A stretch of DNA of 64,000 nt from Narcine bancroftii (taxonomy: Eukaryota): positions 69,130,001-69,194,000 of the forward strand of contig NC_091481.1 of assembly GCF_036971445.1 (NCBI RefSeq), in the 5' to 3' direction. Shown here piece after piece: positions 26,038-38,296 of this stretch. The translations under genes were made by a program, and so were the position numbers. The notes below the pieces were generated by a model. That model searched no databases and was not told where the DNA came from. It saw only the letters and a program-made list of their open reading frames with translations. The number at the start of each line of letters is the position of its first letter. The stretch's first letter is position 1.

Positions 26038-27469
26038 GTAAACATTAACAAGTAATGTGTACCTCAAAATATATTATTTCAAAGTTGTGGTGCTGTAATG
26101 AAGAGTGAGAGGTCATCATGGGTAGTGCACATTAGGTTATTTTGAAAGATAATCTATGAGAATATAGAATCCAGGATACTATATTCTCAAAGATGATCTT
26201 TTAAAAGGGATGTCTTGGACTTAAAGCAGATTTTTTTTGTTTTCCTTTCATGACATTCTCATTGCAAATTGTTTAAGCAAAGCTGCCTGTATTTCCTAGT
26301 CTGTCCTGTCATCAGGAGGGCAATTACTGTCACTTATTCCCGGAATTGGTGTCAGTTACTTCAGGATCAACTGGAGTTGGAATACTACATTGTGCAAAGC
26401 TGGGCTTAAACGTACAAGAATGTTTGTGATCACAATCTTCCTGCCTCATTCCACTGAATAGTTTGGATTTTTCCCATCTGAAACATTCCTACGTTGCTTT
26501 TTGAAACAAGATGATTTTTGTTGATTATGAAAGATTCTTCTTACTTCAGCACATTTGATTCCCATTAAAACTTAGGAGCAGAATTATGCCATCGATCTTA
26601 GAGTCTGCTCCACCATTCAAATCATGGCTGATGTATTTTTTTTCTTTCCACCCGATTTTCCTGCCTTCTCCCCATAACCTTCAACTTCTGCTTTAAATAT
26701 ATCTAATGACTTGGCCTCCACAGTCAACAAATTCCAGATTCGCAACCTTCTGACTGGAAACATATGACACATAAATGATGCTCCTTGTCCTGATGTGGCT
26801 TCACTAATTTCATTGCAGCCAAATTCTTTCTGCAGCCAAGCTTTATCTAATTTATAGCCCCATTCTGATCACGGAAGTTACTCAGATCCATCGGGTTTAG
26901 GAGTATTAAGTTTGCTGTTTTGGAAATATATTTTGATTTAAGTTGTTTTATCATAAACAACGAGCAAGGAAGTTGAGAAATTGAATTTGGACAATCTGGT
27001 TACAAAAAAACAACAGCGATATCTCAGGATAAACCAGACTTCAAACCATTATTTCAATCTCTACTGCTGAAATACATCTCTGTGCTTTGGTCATCTCCAT
27101 GCATTGTTTCTCTACTGGATTTTTGACGGCTGTCAAGGAGTTGTATAGCACAGAGACAGGCCCTTCACCTCACTATGCCCATATCTACTTTTTCCCATCT
27201 ATGTATCCCTATTTGCCCACATAGGTCCTAATCCTTCTTTGGTTTGCCTATTTAAGTGCCTCTCCAAATACTTCTTGAACTGAGTTATTGCTTCTGATTC
27301 CATCACCTCCTCTGGCAACGAGTTCCAGATATTAATCATTTTGTAAAACAAGCTTTCCCCTCAGTTTCCTGCCTCTCACCTCAAACCTATGCCCTCTTAG
27401 TTTCTGATCCCCCTATCGGGGGTAAAAAAAAATTTAATTATATCTATGATTCATAATTTTGCATCCTTC

Positions 27470-28392
27470 TATAAATGACCTGGACGAAGAAGTGGAAGGA
27501 TGAATCAGTAAGGTGCAGGTGACAAGAAGGTTGGAGGTGTTGTGGAAAGTCTAGAAGGTTGTCGTAAGTGACAACAGGAAATAGATAGGATGCAGGGCTA
27601 GACAGAGAGGTGACAGATGGAATTCAATCTGGGTAAGTAAGAAGTGATACATTTTGGAAGATTGGACGATCTTGATTCTTGCATGATACTTAACAGTGTG
27701 GAAGAACATAGAGTCCTTGGGGTCCAAATCCATAGATCTCTCAAGGTTGCCATGCAGGTTGATGGTAGTTAAGGTTTAGGGTAACGATAACCTTCATTAA
27801 CTGGAGAATTGAGTTCAAGAGCCGTGAAGGAGTTCTATAAAACTGGTTAGATCACACTTGGAATATTATCTTCCATTCTGGTTGCCTCATTACAGGAAGG
27901 ATGTGGAAGATTAGGAGAGGGTGTAGAGGAGGATTACCAGGATTTTGCCTGGATTGGAGAATGTGTCTTATGAGGGAAGGTTAACAGAGATTTGGCTTTA
28001 CTCTTTGGTGAAGAAGCATGAGAGGTGACTTAATAGAGATCTCTAAGATTATGAGAGGCTTAAATAGGATGGACAACCAAAACTTTTTTTCCCCAGAGCA
28101 ACAGCAGCAAATACCAGAGGACATCTGCATAAGATAAGGGGAGGAAAGTTTATGCGTGATGTCAGGGAAATTTTTTTTTACCCACACAGTAGTGGGTGCC
28201 TGGAATGCATTGCCAAGGGTAGTGGAGAAGGCTGGTTCAATAGGGATATTTAAAAGACTCAGATATGGACACAGGTGCAAGAAAAATGGAGGGTTATGGA
28301 TATTAGGTAAGGAAGGTTAAGATTATTGAGTAGGTTTATATAGGTCGGCAAAATATTGTGGGCTGCAGGGCCTGTACCGTGTTCTATGTTCC
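27470..28392 (+). mobile_element. CR1-clade LINE 3' fragment nested in an opposite-strand CR1 fragment
   Basis: Decayed RT C-terminal motifs and a TGTTCTATGTTC tail; flanks 27140-27470 and 28392-28560 are minus-strand CR1. Confidence 0.75.
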
Positions 28393-28599
28393 ATCAAGTC
28401 TCCATTCAGCCTCCTTCACGCTAAGGAAAACAAATCCAGTTCTCCCACTCCATAACTATTGTCCTCCAATCCAGGGAATGTCTTAGTGAATCTCTTTCCC
28501 AATGCAGTCTACCTTTCCTATAATGTGACAACCGGAATTATACACAATACTTGTGTAGACTAAGCAGAGTTATGTGTCAGCATTAAAAAAAAGTTTCCT

Positions 28600-29578
28600 G
28601 AACCATTTGCTGGTTCAGTATTTATTTGAGTAAGATCATAGTTCTGTAGGTCAGTGAGATGCACTCAAAAGTATCAACCTGTCACTTAAATCATAGTTCA
28701 GCTAAATGAGTGGCCAAGGGTAGCAAGATTATGTTTTGTTTTCTGCCAAACTCATCTATTGCTGCTAATCTAAAATGGTCCTTCAAGAATCACTGTAACA
28801 TGGCACATTTGCTCATAGAGCCCCTGATGTGCAGCCCTGAGAAGGCAGTCTAAACTTCTTTCTGTGATGAGCATTCAAACAGCCAAGTTTTTACATAGCA
28901 TCTTCTGCCAAGTGTTTCTGCTTCATTTGTTTTACATTGCAAAGAACCCCTCATGAAAGCCATGCACGTGTGGTGACAATTTCTGAAGCAATTCAGTAAT
29001 ATGATCCTTCATGTAGAACGTGATAGCATCTGTATGTGCTGCTAAATTTCCATTTGGATCTTTAAAAAGCATCTTTATGGCTGACAGATGCTTTGTCTAT
29101 TTGGTCATGTTCTTCCAAAGTACTTGTGCCATAGACCACAGGTGTACACATGTGTACAGCACTTGATGTAGTCGGTCTAAGTACTGGAAAGGTGTTAAGG
29201 TAACTTCTCAAGGCTGTCGCAAAGCTTAATTTTGTCAAGATGAGCCATCTTTCTTGTTAATGGCCCCCTGCCTGGGCGCTAAGAGAACCCAGCATGTTCA
29301 CAGAGGGATTCTTTATTACAGTTTGCCAGCACCGGTTCCTTCTCCTGCTGTTCTTGCTGAAATACTTTAGCCAAGGGTTGAGGTCACATGTTGGACAGAT
29401 GATGAAACACACTGCTCACAATGATATTGCACGTAGTCCTCCACGGAGATTCCGGCACGAATCTCCGCTAAGCCTACTAGTGTACTTTGTGCGAGCAGTG
29501 GCCAAGAGAAAAGGTAACATCCAGGGAAAGAGGAAATAGCCTTGTATCCAAAGTGCTAGCCTCTGTACGGCATAGTTA
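28600..29578 (-). pseudogene. Putative terminal exon of the nested antisense unit
   Basis: ctttgtttcag| acceptor; about 1 kb of non-repeat sequence with long protein-like frames broken by stops; AATAAA at 28626-28621 followed by a U-rich tract. Confidence 0.55.
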
Positions 29579-29649
29579 CTGAAACAAAGTGCTCATCGTG
29601 GACTGTGTGAAAATAAATGACCTCCCGTCAAACGTGACAGTGAACAGTG

Positions 29650-30330
29650 ATCATGGGGGATCAGAGGTTGAGATGATCAAGTTCTTGGGAGTTACTATCT
29701 CGGAGCATCTTTCCTGGACCCAACCCACTAATGGCATCATGAAGAAAGCACGTCAATGCTTCTACTTCTTCAGAAGTTTGCAGAGGTTTTGGCATGACTC
29801 CAGAAACCCTGGCAAATTTCTACAGATGTGTGCTTTATGGTCTGGTATGGGGACACCAATACCCCTGAGCAGAAAGCCCTCCAAAAGATAGTGGACACAG
29901 CCCAGGACATCACAGGCAGAACCCTCCCCACTATCAAGAACATCTACAGGGAACACTGCCGTCAGAAAGCAGCAGCGATCATCAACAATCCACACCATCC
30001 AGCACACGCTCTGTTCTCGCTGCTGCCATCAGGAAAGAGGTATCGGTGCCACAAGACTCGCACCACCAGGAACAGCGGCTACCCCTCCACCATCAGACTC
30101 CTCAACAACAGAGACTCTTTTAAGGACTCTTACTTTTCCACTTTATTGATTTTTGTTTCTCTGCATTGCAGTTTGTTTACATTCATTATCTATTTATTTA
30201 CATGTGTACATTGTGTAGTTTATTTTTTGCATTACCAATTTAGTGGTAATTCTGCCACACCCCCAAGAAAAAGAATCTCAGGGTTATATGTGATGTCATG
30301 TATGTACTCTGACAACAAATCTGAAATCTG
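29650..30330 (+). mobile_element. Rex1/Babar-like LINE 3' fragment
   Basis: ORFs 29589-29891 and 29828-30331 (KFLGVTISEHLSW...HPAHALFSLLPSGKRYR). Confidence 0.8.
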
Positions 30331-30460
30331 ACCATTGGAAATCTCATGTTTACAAACCAGTTATAAATGATGCCTTTTCTGAATTATGCTGAGTTTAAAA
30401 TGATACATTTACAGGCTGTTACCATGGCCCTTCCAGGTGTTCTCATAAATTAATGCTCAC

Positions 30461-30721
30461 CTTTATTCAAAGAGGAGTTCCTTTCAGTAGTGAGCATTGG
30501 TGAATAGTAAAGCTCCTTACACAGTAGGGGGCAGCAAATCAAAATATATCCTTAGACCAACTGGGAAAGATCTTCTAGATGCTAAGGTGGCATTAACTTC
30601 ATAGGCAAAGCAGTCCAGGTGATGTAACTGGAGCTCTGTCTGCAGATCTTTATCTTCACTAACATTTAAACCAGTAGCCTTGGATCTATTGCTGAGAAAC
30701 TGGAGGTGGAAGGGTAGATCC
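30461..30721 (-). pseudogene. Putative exon 3 of the nested antisense unit (261 nt)
   Basis: ccctttttaaag| acceptor, AAG|GTGAGC donor; 67 open codons DLPFHLQFLSNR...LLPPTV, then stops or a frameshift. Confidence 0.6.
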
Positions 30722-31317
30722 CTTTAAAAAGGGTGGGTCTTTAGCCTCTAATGCCTGTTCTGCTATTTATTGTTGATCTTTTCCCTCATTCTCATTTTCC
30801 TTTACTCAGCCCATATCTCGATTCCCTTAATATATAAAAGTTAAATATTGTTCATAATTATACTCATAGATGAACCTCCACAGTCCCCTAAGGTAGGAAA
30901 TTTCAAAGATTCACGACCATCTGTATATAAAGATTTCTTCTTATCTGTGTCTTAACTAGCAAACCCTGTATTTTGAGCCTGTATTTATAAGCCTGGCCCC
31001 AAAAACCCCAGCCAGCAGCCAGGGGATACTTCACACCATCACCTACACTGTCAAGCCCCTTTGGTACTCATATATTCAGTTTAGTTGCTACTGATTATGC
31101 TGGAGGAGATTCACCAGAATGTTTCCTGGAGGGCTTTAGTTATGGTGAAAGACTGGATAGGCTGGGATTGTTTTCTCCTGGAGTAATGGAGGCCAAGGAG
31201 TGACCTGATGGAAGATTATGAAAAGCATAGATAGGATAAATAGTCAAATGTTTTTCCTATGGTAGAGGTATCAAGAGGGCATAGCTTTAAGGTGAGAGGA
31301 CAGTGTTTTGTATACAG

Positions 31318-31608
31318 TGTGGTGTACTGTTAGCCAGAATCAGACACACCAAGATAAAGACTGTACAACAGGATTTAATCTACAAAGACTTCCACAGAGC
31401 CAGACTGGCTGTGGCTGCAGCAACTTTGAGTGAGGCCTCGGGAGGCTGGCGCAGGCTTATATTCCAGAGGGTGAATGACACCCGACCAGGTGGGGCTTGA
31501 TCTGTTCAGGCAGACTGATTGACAGCCGGCCAGGTGTTGTCCTGTCCCCTTACACTCCTGCAGGTACAGAGGTTGCCCCCTGCAGTAGGCCGGTGGTATA
31601 CCACCACA
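31318..31608. mobile_element. Solo LTR inserted in a CR1 fragment
   Basis: TGTGGTG...CACCACA inverted termini; 5-bp TSD-like TACAG/CACAG. Confidence 0.7.
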
Positions 31609-32431
31609 CACAGAGAGTGGTTGATATTTAGAATGCACTGCACCAGGAGGTGATGTAATCAGATAAAATTACTGCTTTGAAGAAGTATTTAGACAGACAG
31701 TTAACTGGACAAAGGAGGATATGGTCCTAATGCAGAGGTTTTGAGGATCTCTGAAGATGGCAAAGAAAATATTAAGGATACCTGGCTTCATTAGCTGAGG
31801 GATAGATTATGAGATCAGAAAGGTTTTGGTTAGGTTGCAGCTGGAGACCTGAACAGTTTTAGTAGGAGGACATGATTGCATGAGAGAGTGAAAAGGAGAT
31901 TCACCAAGATGTGGGATGGAGTGTTTAATTTATGAAGAGAGACTGTATAGGCTGGGCTTGTTTTCCTTGGACTGGAGACTGAGGGGTGACCTCTTAGAGG
32001 TACAGATTATTCTGAAGGTCATATGTAGCAGAGATAATTTTCCTCATATCATAGAAAACTAATGGACATCTATGCTTTAAGGTAAGGGATCAGGGATTTA
32101 CAGAGATCTGGAGGATTTTTATTTCACATAGGGTATTTGAATGTGAAAAGCAATGCCTGATGCAGGAGTACCAGAATCTCTTAAGTAAAGCAGGCTACAG
32201 ACCAAATGCATAAAACATGGATGGTCTGTTTCTATACTGCACGACTCCATGACGTGAGATGTACTCGGACAAATGTGTTCTAATACACTGGGATGTACTC
32301 TCGGAATACCCAGAATGAATGCCCTTGTTCTTCTCATGACTTCCTCCTTCAACCCTTTAATCCCTTCTAGTCTTCCTTTAATAGGCGATTCATTCCTCTC
32401 GGGACCCCCCCCCCCCCCCTCCTTCACTTAC

Positions 32432-32939
32432 CTTCCCTCTTCAACTTGCCACCCCCAACACCTGGATGTCCTTTCTTTTGCTGATGGCAGTTTGCCCTCT
32501 CCCAAGATAGGGCTGTTTTCTGGCTGTCACTTTGCCCATTTGGGGGAAACTCCTTGAATACTGATATTCTGCCTCTACTCCACCGTTTGCTCCTGAGCTG
32601 CTGGTCTTCTGTTCTCCCTCATCCCCATGAATGTTTGCTTTGTGATTATCCCCTCTCATCCTTTTAATACTACCCCCAAAATACTCATTTAGCAGCTGCT
32701 CCCCAGCCACTGAATGTCCACTCCCGATTCCATCAGGTCCATTGCCTATGTCTTTCAGCCTCACGCAGACCTGCCACCTACAACTCCCCTGAAACTTCTT
32801 CAAAGATCCTGCTTTGTTGTTTCCTGGGGCCCGTGGTCACTATTTTACTTAGTGGATTGGGGTGCATGTTTGACTGGCCAAATGGGAAGGGCTCATCATG
32901 TGGGAATAAGAGAGTCTACCTCATCAGCCACCTGATTGG
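32432..32939 (-). pseudogene. Putative exon 2 of the nested antisense unit
   Basis: Acceptor tttatttattctgccag| (alternative AG 8 nt further in); donor AAG|GTAAGT at 32431; non-repeat sequence containing a 120-codon open stretch. Confidence 0.55.
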
Positions 32940-33137
32940 CTGGCAGAATAAATAAATCTGAGGCGAACACAAGAGCAGTAAACTAATATAACAAGTGGAA
33001 AAAAGTCATAAAATTACAAGGAAGGAGAATTTACTGTCTGTTCAATGTAGATTATTTATTTGGGGCAGATTTTTCTTGAACAGTTTTTTTTGCAATTGGC
33101 TATGTTGAACAAAGCTTTATTCATTCTTTCACTTCAG

Positions 33138-33198
33138 AATACAATGTGGCTGTATTTGTTTCCAATCAAATGACTGCAGATCCAGGAGCAGCCATGAG
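33138..33198 (+). CDS. DMC1: DMC1 exon (EYNVAVFVSNQMTADPGAAMS)
   Basis: cttcag| ... |gtaagc; start of L2 loop. Confidence 0.97.
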
Positions 33199-33552
33199 GT
33201 AAGCATTTGGTTTGTTGTCGACAGTGTTTATATATGATAATCCAAAGATGGGAGAGGAATCAAATTGGAGAATTTCTTTATATTCTTATGCTGAACAAAG
33301 AAGTATAATTTATGACTCCATTTTAATAAGTTTAAATTGGTAATAAAACCCAGGATATTTAATGAAAGTACAATCAAACGTATTCCAGCTATTTTAGGAG
33401 GATGAACAAAATATTTTCCAAATACATATGCTTTAAGGCTGGAGAAAATACTGTGTAAGAAGATCACTGGAGTCTCCCTTTCCTCTACTGACAACATTCA
33501 CTGGATGTGTTGCTTAAATAGGGCATAAAGACTTCTTAAGGACCCTTTCGAT

Positions 33553-33870
33553 CACCACACACAGAGAGTGGTTGATATTTAGAATGCACTGCACGAGGAG
33601 GCGATGTAATCAGATAAAATTACTGCTTTGAAGAAGTATTTAGACAGACAGTTAACTGGACAAAGGAGGATATGGTCCTAATGCAGAGGTTTTGAGGATC
33701 TCTGAAGATGGCAAAGAAAATATTAAGGATACCTGGCTTCATTAGCTGAGGGATAGATTATGAGATCAGAAAGGTTTTGGTTAGGTTGCAGCTGGAGACC
33801 TGAACAGTTTTAGTAGGAGGACAGGATTGCATGAGAGGGTGCAAAGGAGATTCACCAAGATGTGGGATGG
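33553..33870 (+). repeat. Near-identical local copy of 31602-31919
   Basis: About 318-bp direct repeat, offset 1951 bp, few mismatches. Confidence 0.92.
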
Positions 33871-34174
33871 GAGGTATAGGTTTCACAAGACTCACACAGT
33901 ACCTTTGACTCACTGCCAGAAAGAGGAGGTATAGGAGCATCAAAATGAGAACTGCCAGGCTGGGGAATAGCTTTTTCCTTGTGAGATTGCCAAGTGCATT
34001 ATCCCAAAATATCTATAAACAGCTCCTGCCTGACTTGTGACCTATGCGACTTGCGTACATCCACATAGATGATCGAAAATGTGTTTTTTTAATATACAAT
34101 TTACAAGGTTTATGTTGTATTTTACAAACTATAACAGAGATACAGGGCATGTAAGAGCCAAAATGCATATTTAC

Positions 34175-34360
34175 CTTGTTAGCATCCCGGGGTCTGTCGG
34201 CGGGAGTGGCCATCTTGATTCCAGTGCGCATGCGTCAGTCTTCGGTTTGTACATGCGCGGTGGGTTCATATATTGGAGTTTAGATGGCGCATGCGCGAGA
34301 GTTAAAGGCACGAATTCAATATTGTCAGGGCGCATAACTCTTGCGCATGCGCCAACCGAA
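34175..34360 (-). promoter_or_regulatory. Intronic CpG-rich promoter and first exon of an antisense transcript (MATPADRPRDANK|GTAAAT)
   Basis: NRF1 palindromes GCGCATGCG at about 34226, 34287 and 34343 plus a half-site near 34251; YY1/Kozak AAGATGGC with ATG at 34213; AAG|GTAAAT donor at 34174. Confidence 0.7.
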
Positions 34361-35213
34361 CTCCAAAACGTGAACCCTCCACTCATCCGTGACTTGTGCA
34401 TGTGGGGTTGTTGTAGTGGGAGTCTTTCATTTCCCTTTTATTGATTGATTGCCCTTAGTGCCAGAGGCTGAGGTGGGGCAGAATTTATTACGTGCATCCA
34501 AGAGAGTTTCTTGAAGCAGCATGTAGACTGCCCAGCCAGGAAGGGGTCATTCTCGTCCTAGTACTGGCAAATAAGCCTGGCCAGGTGATTGGAGTTTCCG
34601 TGGAAGAACATTTTAGGAATAAGTTTGGGCCTTGGATTTTAAAAAAGTACTAAATTTAAGGAGGACAATTTATGATGTGATTAGACAACAGTCAGGGGAA
34701 TAAACTGGGAGCAACTGTTATAAGACAAGCCCACAACTAGCAGTTGGGAGTTGTTTAAGAATCCAGGACTGACGTGTTTGATCGTGAAGAAAGGTGGCAA
34801 GAAAAGGGAAGCTTGGATGATGAGAGAGAGGTCACGAACTTAGCCAAAAAGAAAAAGTGTGTAAGGTTCAGGAAGCTACAATCGGACAGGGTGCTGGAGG
34901 AACATAAAGATTGAAGGAAAGAGTTCAAACAGGGCACCAGGTAGGCCAAAAGACACAATGAAATGTCCTTGGTGAGCAGGATTAAAGAAAATCCCAAGGT
35001 ATTTGTGGGAGAAAACCAGAACATCCAAAATGTGTAAACTCCAAAAACAGATTGAACCCTAGAGCTGAGACTGCAGCAGTGACCCACGCAAGGAGCAGCA
35101 GACAACCTGCCTATTTCTGTTGTAATCATTAACTCATATTTTGTTGGGATTTCTCAGCTTGCATAACACGGCATAATTTTGTATTTACTTCTAATGGATT
35201 ATGTTTTCCCAAG

Positions 35214-35330
35214 TTTCCAAGCAGATCCAAAGAAACCAATTGGTGGTCACATTTTGGCTCATGCATCGACAACGAGGATAAGTCTGAGGAAAGGACGGGG
35301 TGAATTACGTATTGCAAAAATCTATGATAG
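35214..35330 (+). CDS. DMC1: DMC1 exon ([39 protein letters not shown])
   Basis: ttcccaag| ... |gtatgt; overlaps ORF 35179-35430. Confidence 0.98.
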
Positions 35331-35357
35331 GTATGTGACCAGTGACACGTTCTACAT

Positions 35358-35612
35358 CAGTGGTTCTCAACCTTTTTCTTTCCACTCACATCCCACTTTA
35401 AGTAATCTTTGTGCCATCAGTGCTCTGTGATTAGTAAGGGATTGCTTAAAGTGGGATGTGAGTGAGAAGGGAAGGTTGAGAATCACTGCTCTAGACCTAA
35501 TTGCTACTGAAATATTTTGGTTGAGAAAAATTGTCATTGGCCCATTTCCTTTGGAATTATGAATCCGTCCACATAACGAGTCAATTAAGTACGATTAAAA
35601 CAGTGGTTTTCA
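35358..35612. mobile_element. hAT/Charlie-like non-autonomous element, partial
   Basis: CAGTGGTTCTCAA terminus; same family as 45536-45911. Confidence 0.75.
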
Positions 35613-35733
35613 AAAAACACAATTCTGGAGAAACTCAGCAGGTCCAATAGCAAAGTTAAAGATTTATAACCAACATTTTGAGCTTGAACCCTTTATGACA
35701 AAATGTGGTGGTGGGGGGGTGGAGACGGGTGCT

Positions 35734-36290
35734 GTGTTGAAAAGAATATCAGGTTCAGTGGGTTCGCAGAGAGACCAGTTTGGGCACAAGTGTTACAATC
35801 ACAAGTAACTTTTATTAACACATGGGAAACAAACGGGAGAACGTTAAATGGTACACAATTACTAATTCATGTAAGCGACAATACAGACATTCACCTCGGA
35901 CATCAGTTGGATTCTGACAACAGTAAACCTATATTTGACCCTGCTCACACACTATAAACAGGGACTCTTACACATCAACGGGGGTGCAGGTCCACCGTGA
36001 GCATTGATCTATCGCAATACTACGGCTCAGTTTCAGCAGCCCTTCCAGCGATGTCCACAGCAATGACCTGGCATGGAGTGGCGTCCAAGAGAGTGCATGT
36101 GCTCTGTGCTGGTGTTAAACACGGTCCTAATCTGTGCTGCTAGCCAATGATGAGGCTAAGTGATTAAAATTAGCCAATGTCAAGGTGTGCACTAATGGGT
36201 GGCCGGAGTCAACTTTGATTGACAGGTGCTATGACTTCCAAATAAGTTTCAGGTGGAGATGATACGTGATGTGACCGCCTGTAATACACA
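35734..36290. mobile_element. Possible solo LTR inserted in a Penelope-like fragment
   Basis: TG...CA-bounded block with CCAAT boxes and a minus-strand AATAAA; no clear TSD. Confidence 0.35.
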
Positions 36291-37447
36291 CATTCCAGAC
36301 AGGCGGGAAGGTAACATTTCCTCCACACACAACAGAGGGGCAAAGGGAGGAGCACAGCCCCAAATGCTGAGGGTAATAGGTAGATGGGGAGGGAGGGCAC
36401 AGCAGCAAACAGGGGGAGGAGGAATGGCTCTGTGAATGGAGGAGGTGGAAATCAGCTGGATTCCTTGGAGATGCATTCACCCCTGCCAACATGAAGAAAT
36501 GGTTTGGAGTGAGGTTTCCCTGAGTATCTTCTTTCCTTGCTTCCTTTGTCTGATCACCCATTTCTTGTCTGACCTTTTCTTAAACTGTCTATGAGCACTA
36601 TTATTGCCCCCAACTGATATTCAGGCTTTTGGCACTCAAACTAACCAAACTGCAGGTCTTGGAATTCGCACATGGTGCAAACGTCACACAGGCCCAAATT
36701 CTCCTGCTGTTGTTGTGGGAGGTGCAGCGAACAAACCACACCAGCAGCCGTGAGTGAGCCAGACCAACTGATTTTAATTAAGCACGCGCTTATACTCCCC
36801 ATTCCTGATGATACTTGTGACTCCCAAGACGGAAATGACATCAGCCCGAGGGCTGGAATCACACCCAGTACATTGGGGCTCTCTGTCCTCAGCTCCTTAA
36901 CCCAGTTTGCTCGCAGAGTGGCTCAGCCCCCCACACTGCCATATTTTAATCTAGAAATGGTTCCTTAAAATGTAGTTCAATCTCTATTTCCACACTGTAT
37001 GCAGCCCTTCCCCATCCCATGCCCATCTCCAGGCTTTCAATTCCCTCTCATTCAGCCACCACATATTTAAATAATTGGAAGGAATATTTAGCAGCTCATT
37101 TTTGACCATGGTCTGATTTTCCTCTGAGGACCATGCCCAAACACAAGGTTAGGATTATTTCATTCATGCAATAAATAATTTAGGGATCAAGTAATTATTC
37201 ATACATTAGGATTCAGTGGAGAGGGTCATTGAGGGCACTGTGTTTGATACAGTCAACATGGATTGCATCATTGCTTTTTACAAGGTTAATATGGTAGACT
37301 GAATAAACTAATAAAGGTGCAAGGGAGAGAGGCAGATTGGGTCTATGATTGTCTCAATGACTAGAAGCAGAGGATAATGACTGATAAATCTTTTCACGAT
37401 TAGAATATTGTTACCATTGGGTTTTCAGTCCTTTATACTTTATGTTT

Positions 37448-37448
37448 A

Positions 37449-37510
<62 letters not shown>
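37448..37510. repeat. (TC)n(AC)n microsatellite
   Basis: Directly visible. Confidence 0.95.
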
Positions 37511-37514
<4 letters not shown>

Positions 37515-38296
37515 CGTATATTTTTAGATCTCAATATTAGGGCATGATTTAAAAAAAATTATTTACAATAACCCAATAATTTGACTATGTTTGTTCGGTG
37601 AAAAGAACAAGACTTCATACTTGTGATACTTGGGCAAAAAAATTGTCAAATTTAGTTTAATCCAGAGTATTCCAGGGAGAAATGCAACAAGACTAAGGTA
37701 CTTTGGAGAATATTGAAAAATGTGGAGGAACAGAGGAATTCTATGCCCACTCTCCCAAAAAGTAGACAGAGTGGTTACAAAGGCATATGGACAGTTTATC
37801 TTTATTAATTGAAACAAAGGATATAAGAGCAGGAAGGTTACACGGAATTATATACAATGCGCAGCCACCGTTTGAAGTAGTGTACACTTCTGCTCACTAC
37901 GTTGCAAGGAAGATTCATTGCATTGAAGAAGATTCAGGGGAGATGTATGAGGATTGGAAAATTATAGTTTTTAAGAAATTGGATAAGGTCGGATTGTTTT
38001 CTTTGAAGCGCAGGAGACTGAGCAGAGACGTAATTGAGATGTATAAAATTATGATGGAGTAAATAAGGTCCTGATTTCCTTAGCTGAAAGGTCAAAACCA
38101 ATGTACATTAAATTAATTAGTAGGAGGATGAGAGGGTGGATGTTTTCTCACCTGCAGGGAGGCAGAGGTCTGGAATTCACTGGTGGCATCTCTCATCACA
38201 CTTGAAAAATGCTTTGATGTGTTCATGATTAACAGCCCTGAGCCCTGCAAATCACAGCTTTTTATGTGCTGGAAGAGTAGGCTGCACTCTTCATTA

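Noticed and set aside
32119-32803. ORFs 32441-32803 and 32119-32427 as stand-alone genes
   Set aside because: Non-ATG starts and no own promoter; better explained as remnants in and next to the disabled antisense exon 2.
36640-36968. ORF 36672-36968 and surrounding non-repeat block as an exon
   Set aside because: No recognisable homology or matched splice sites; it could be a regulatory element but is unsupported from sequence alone.
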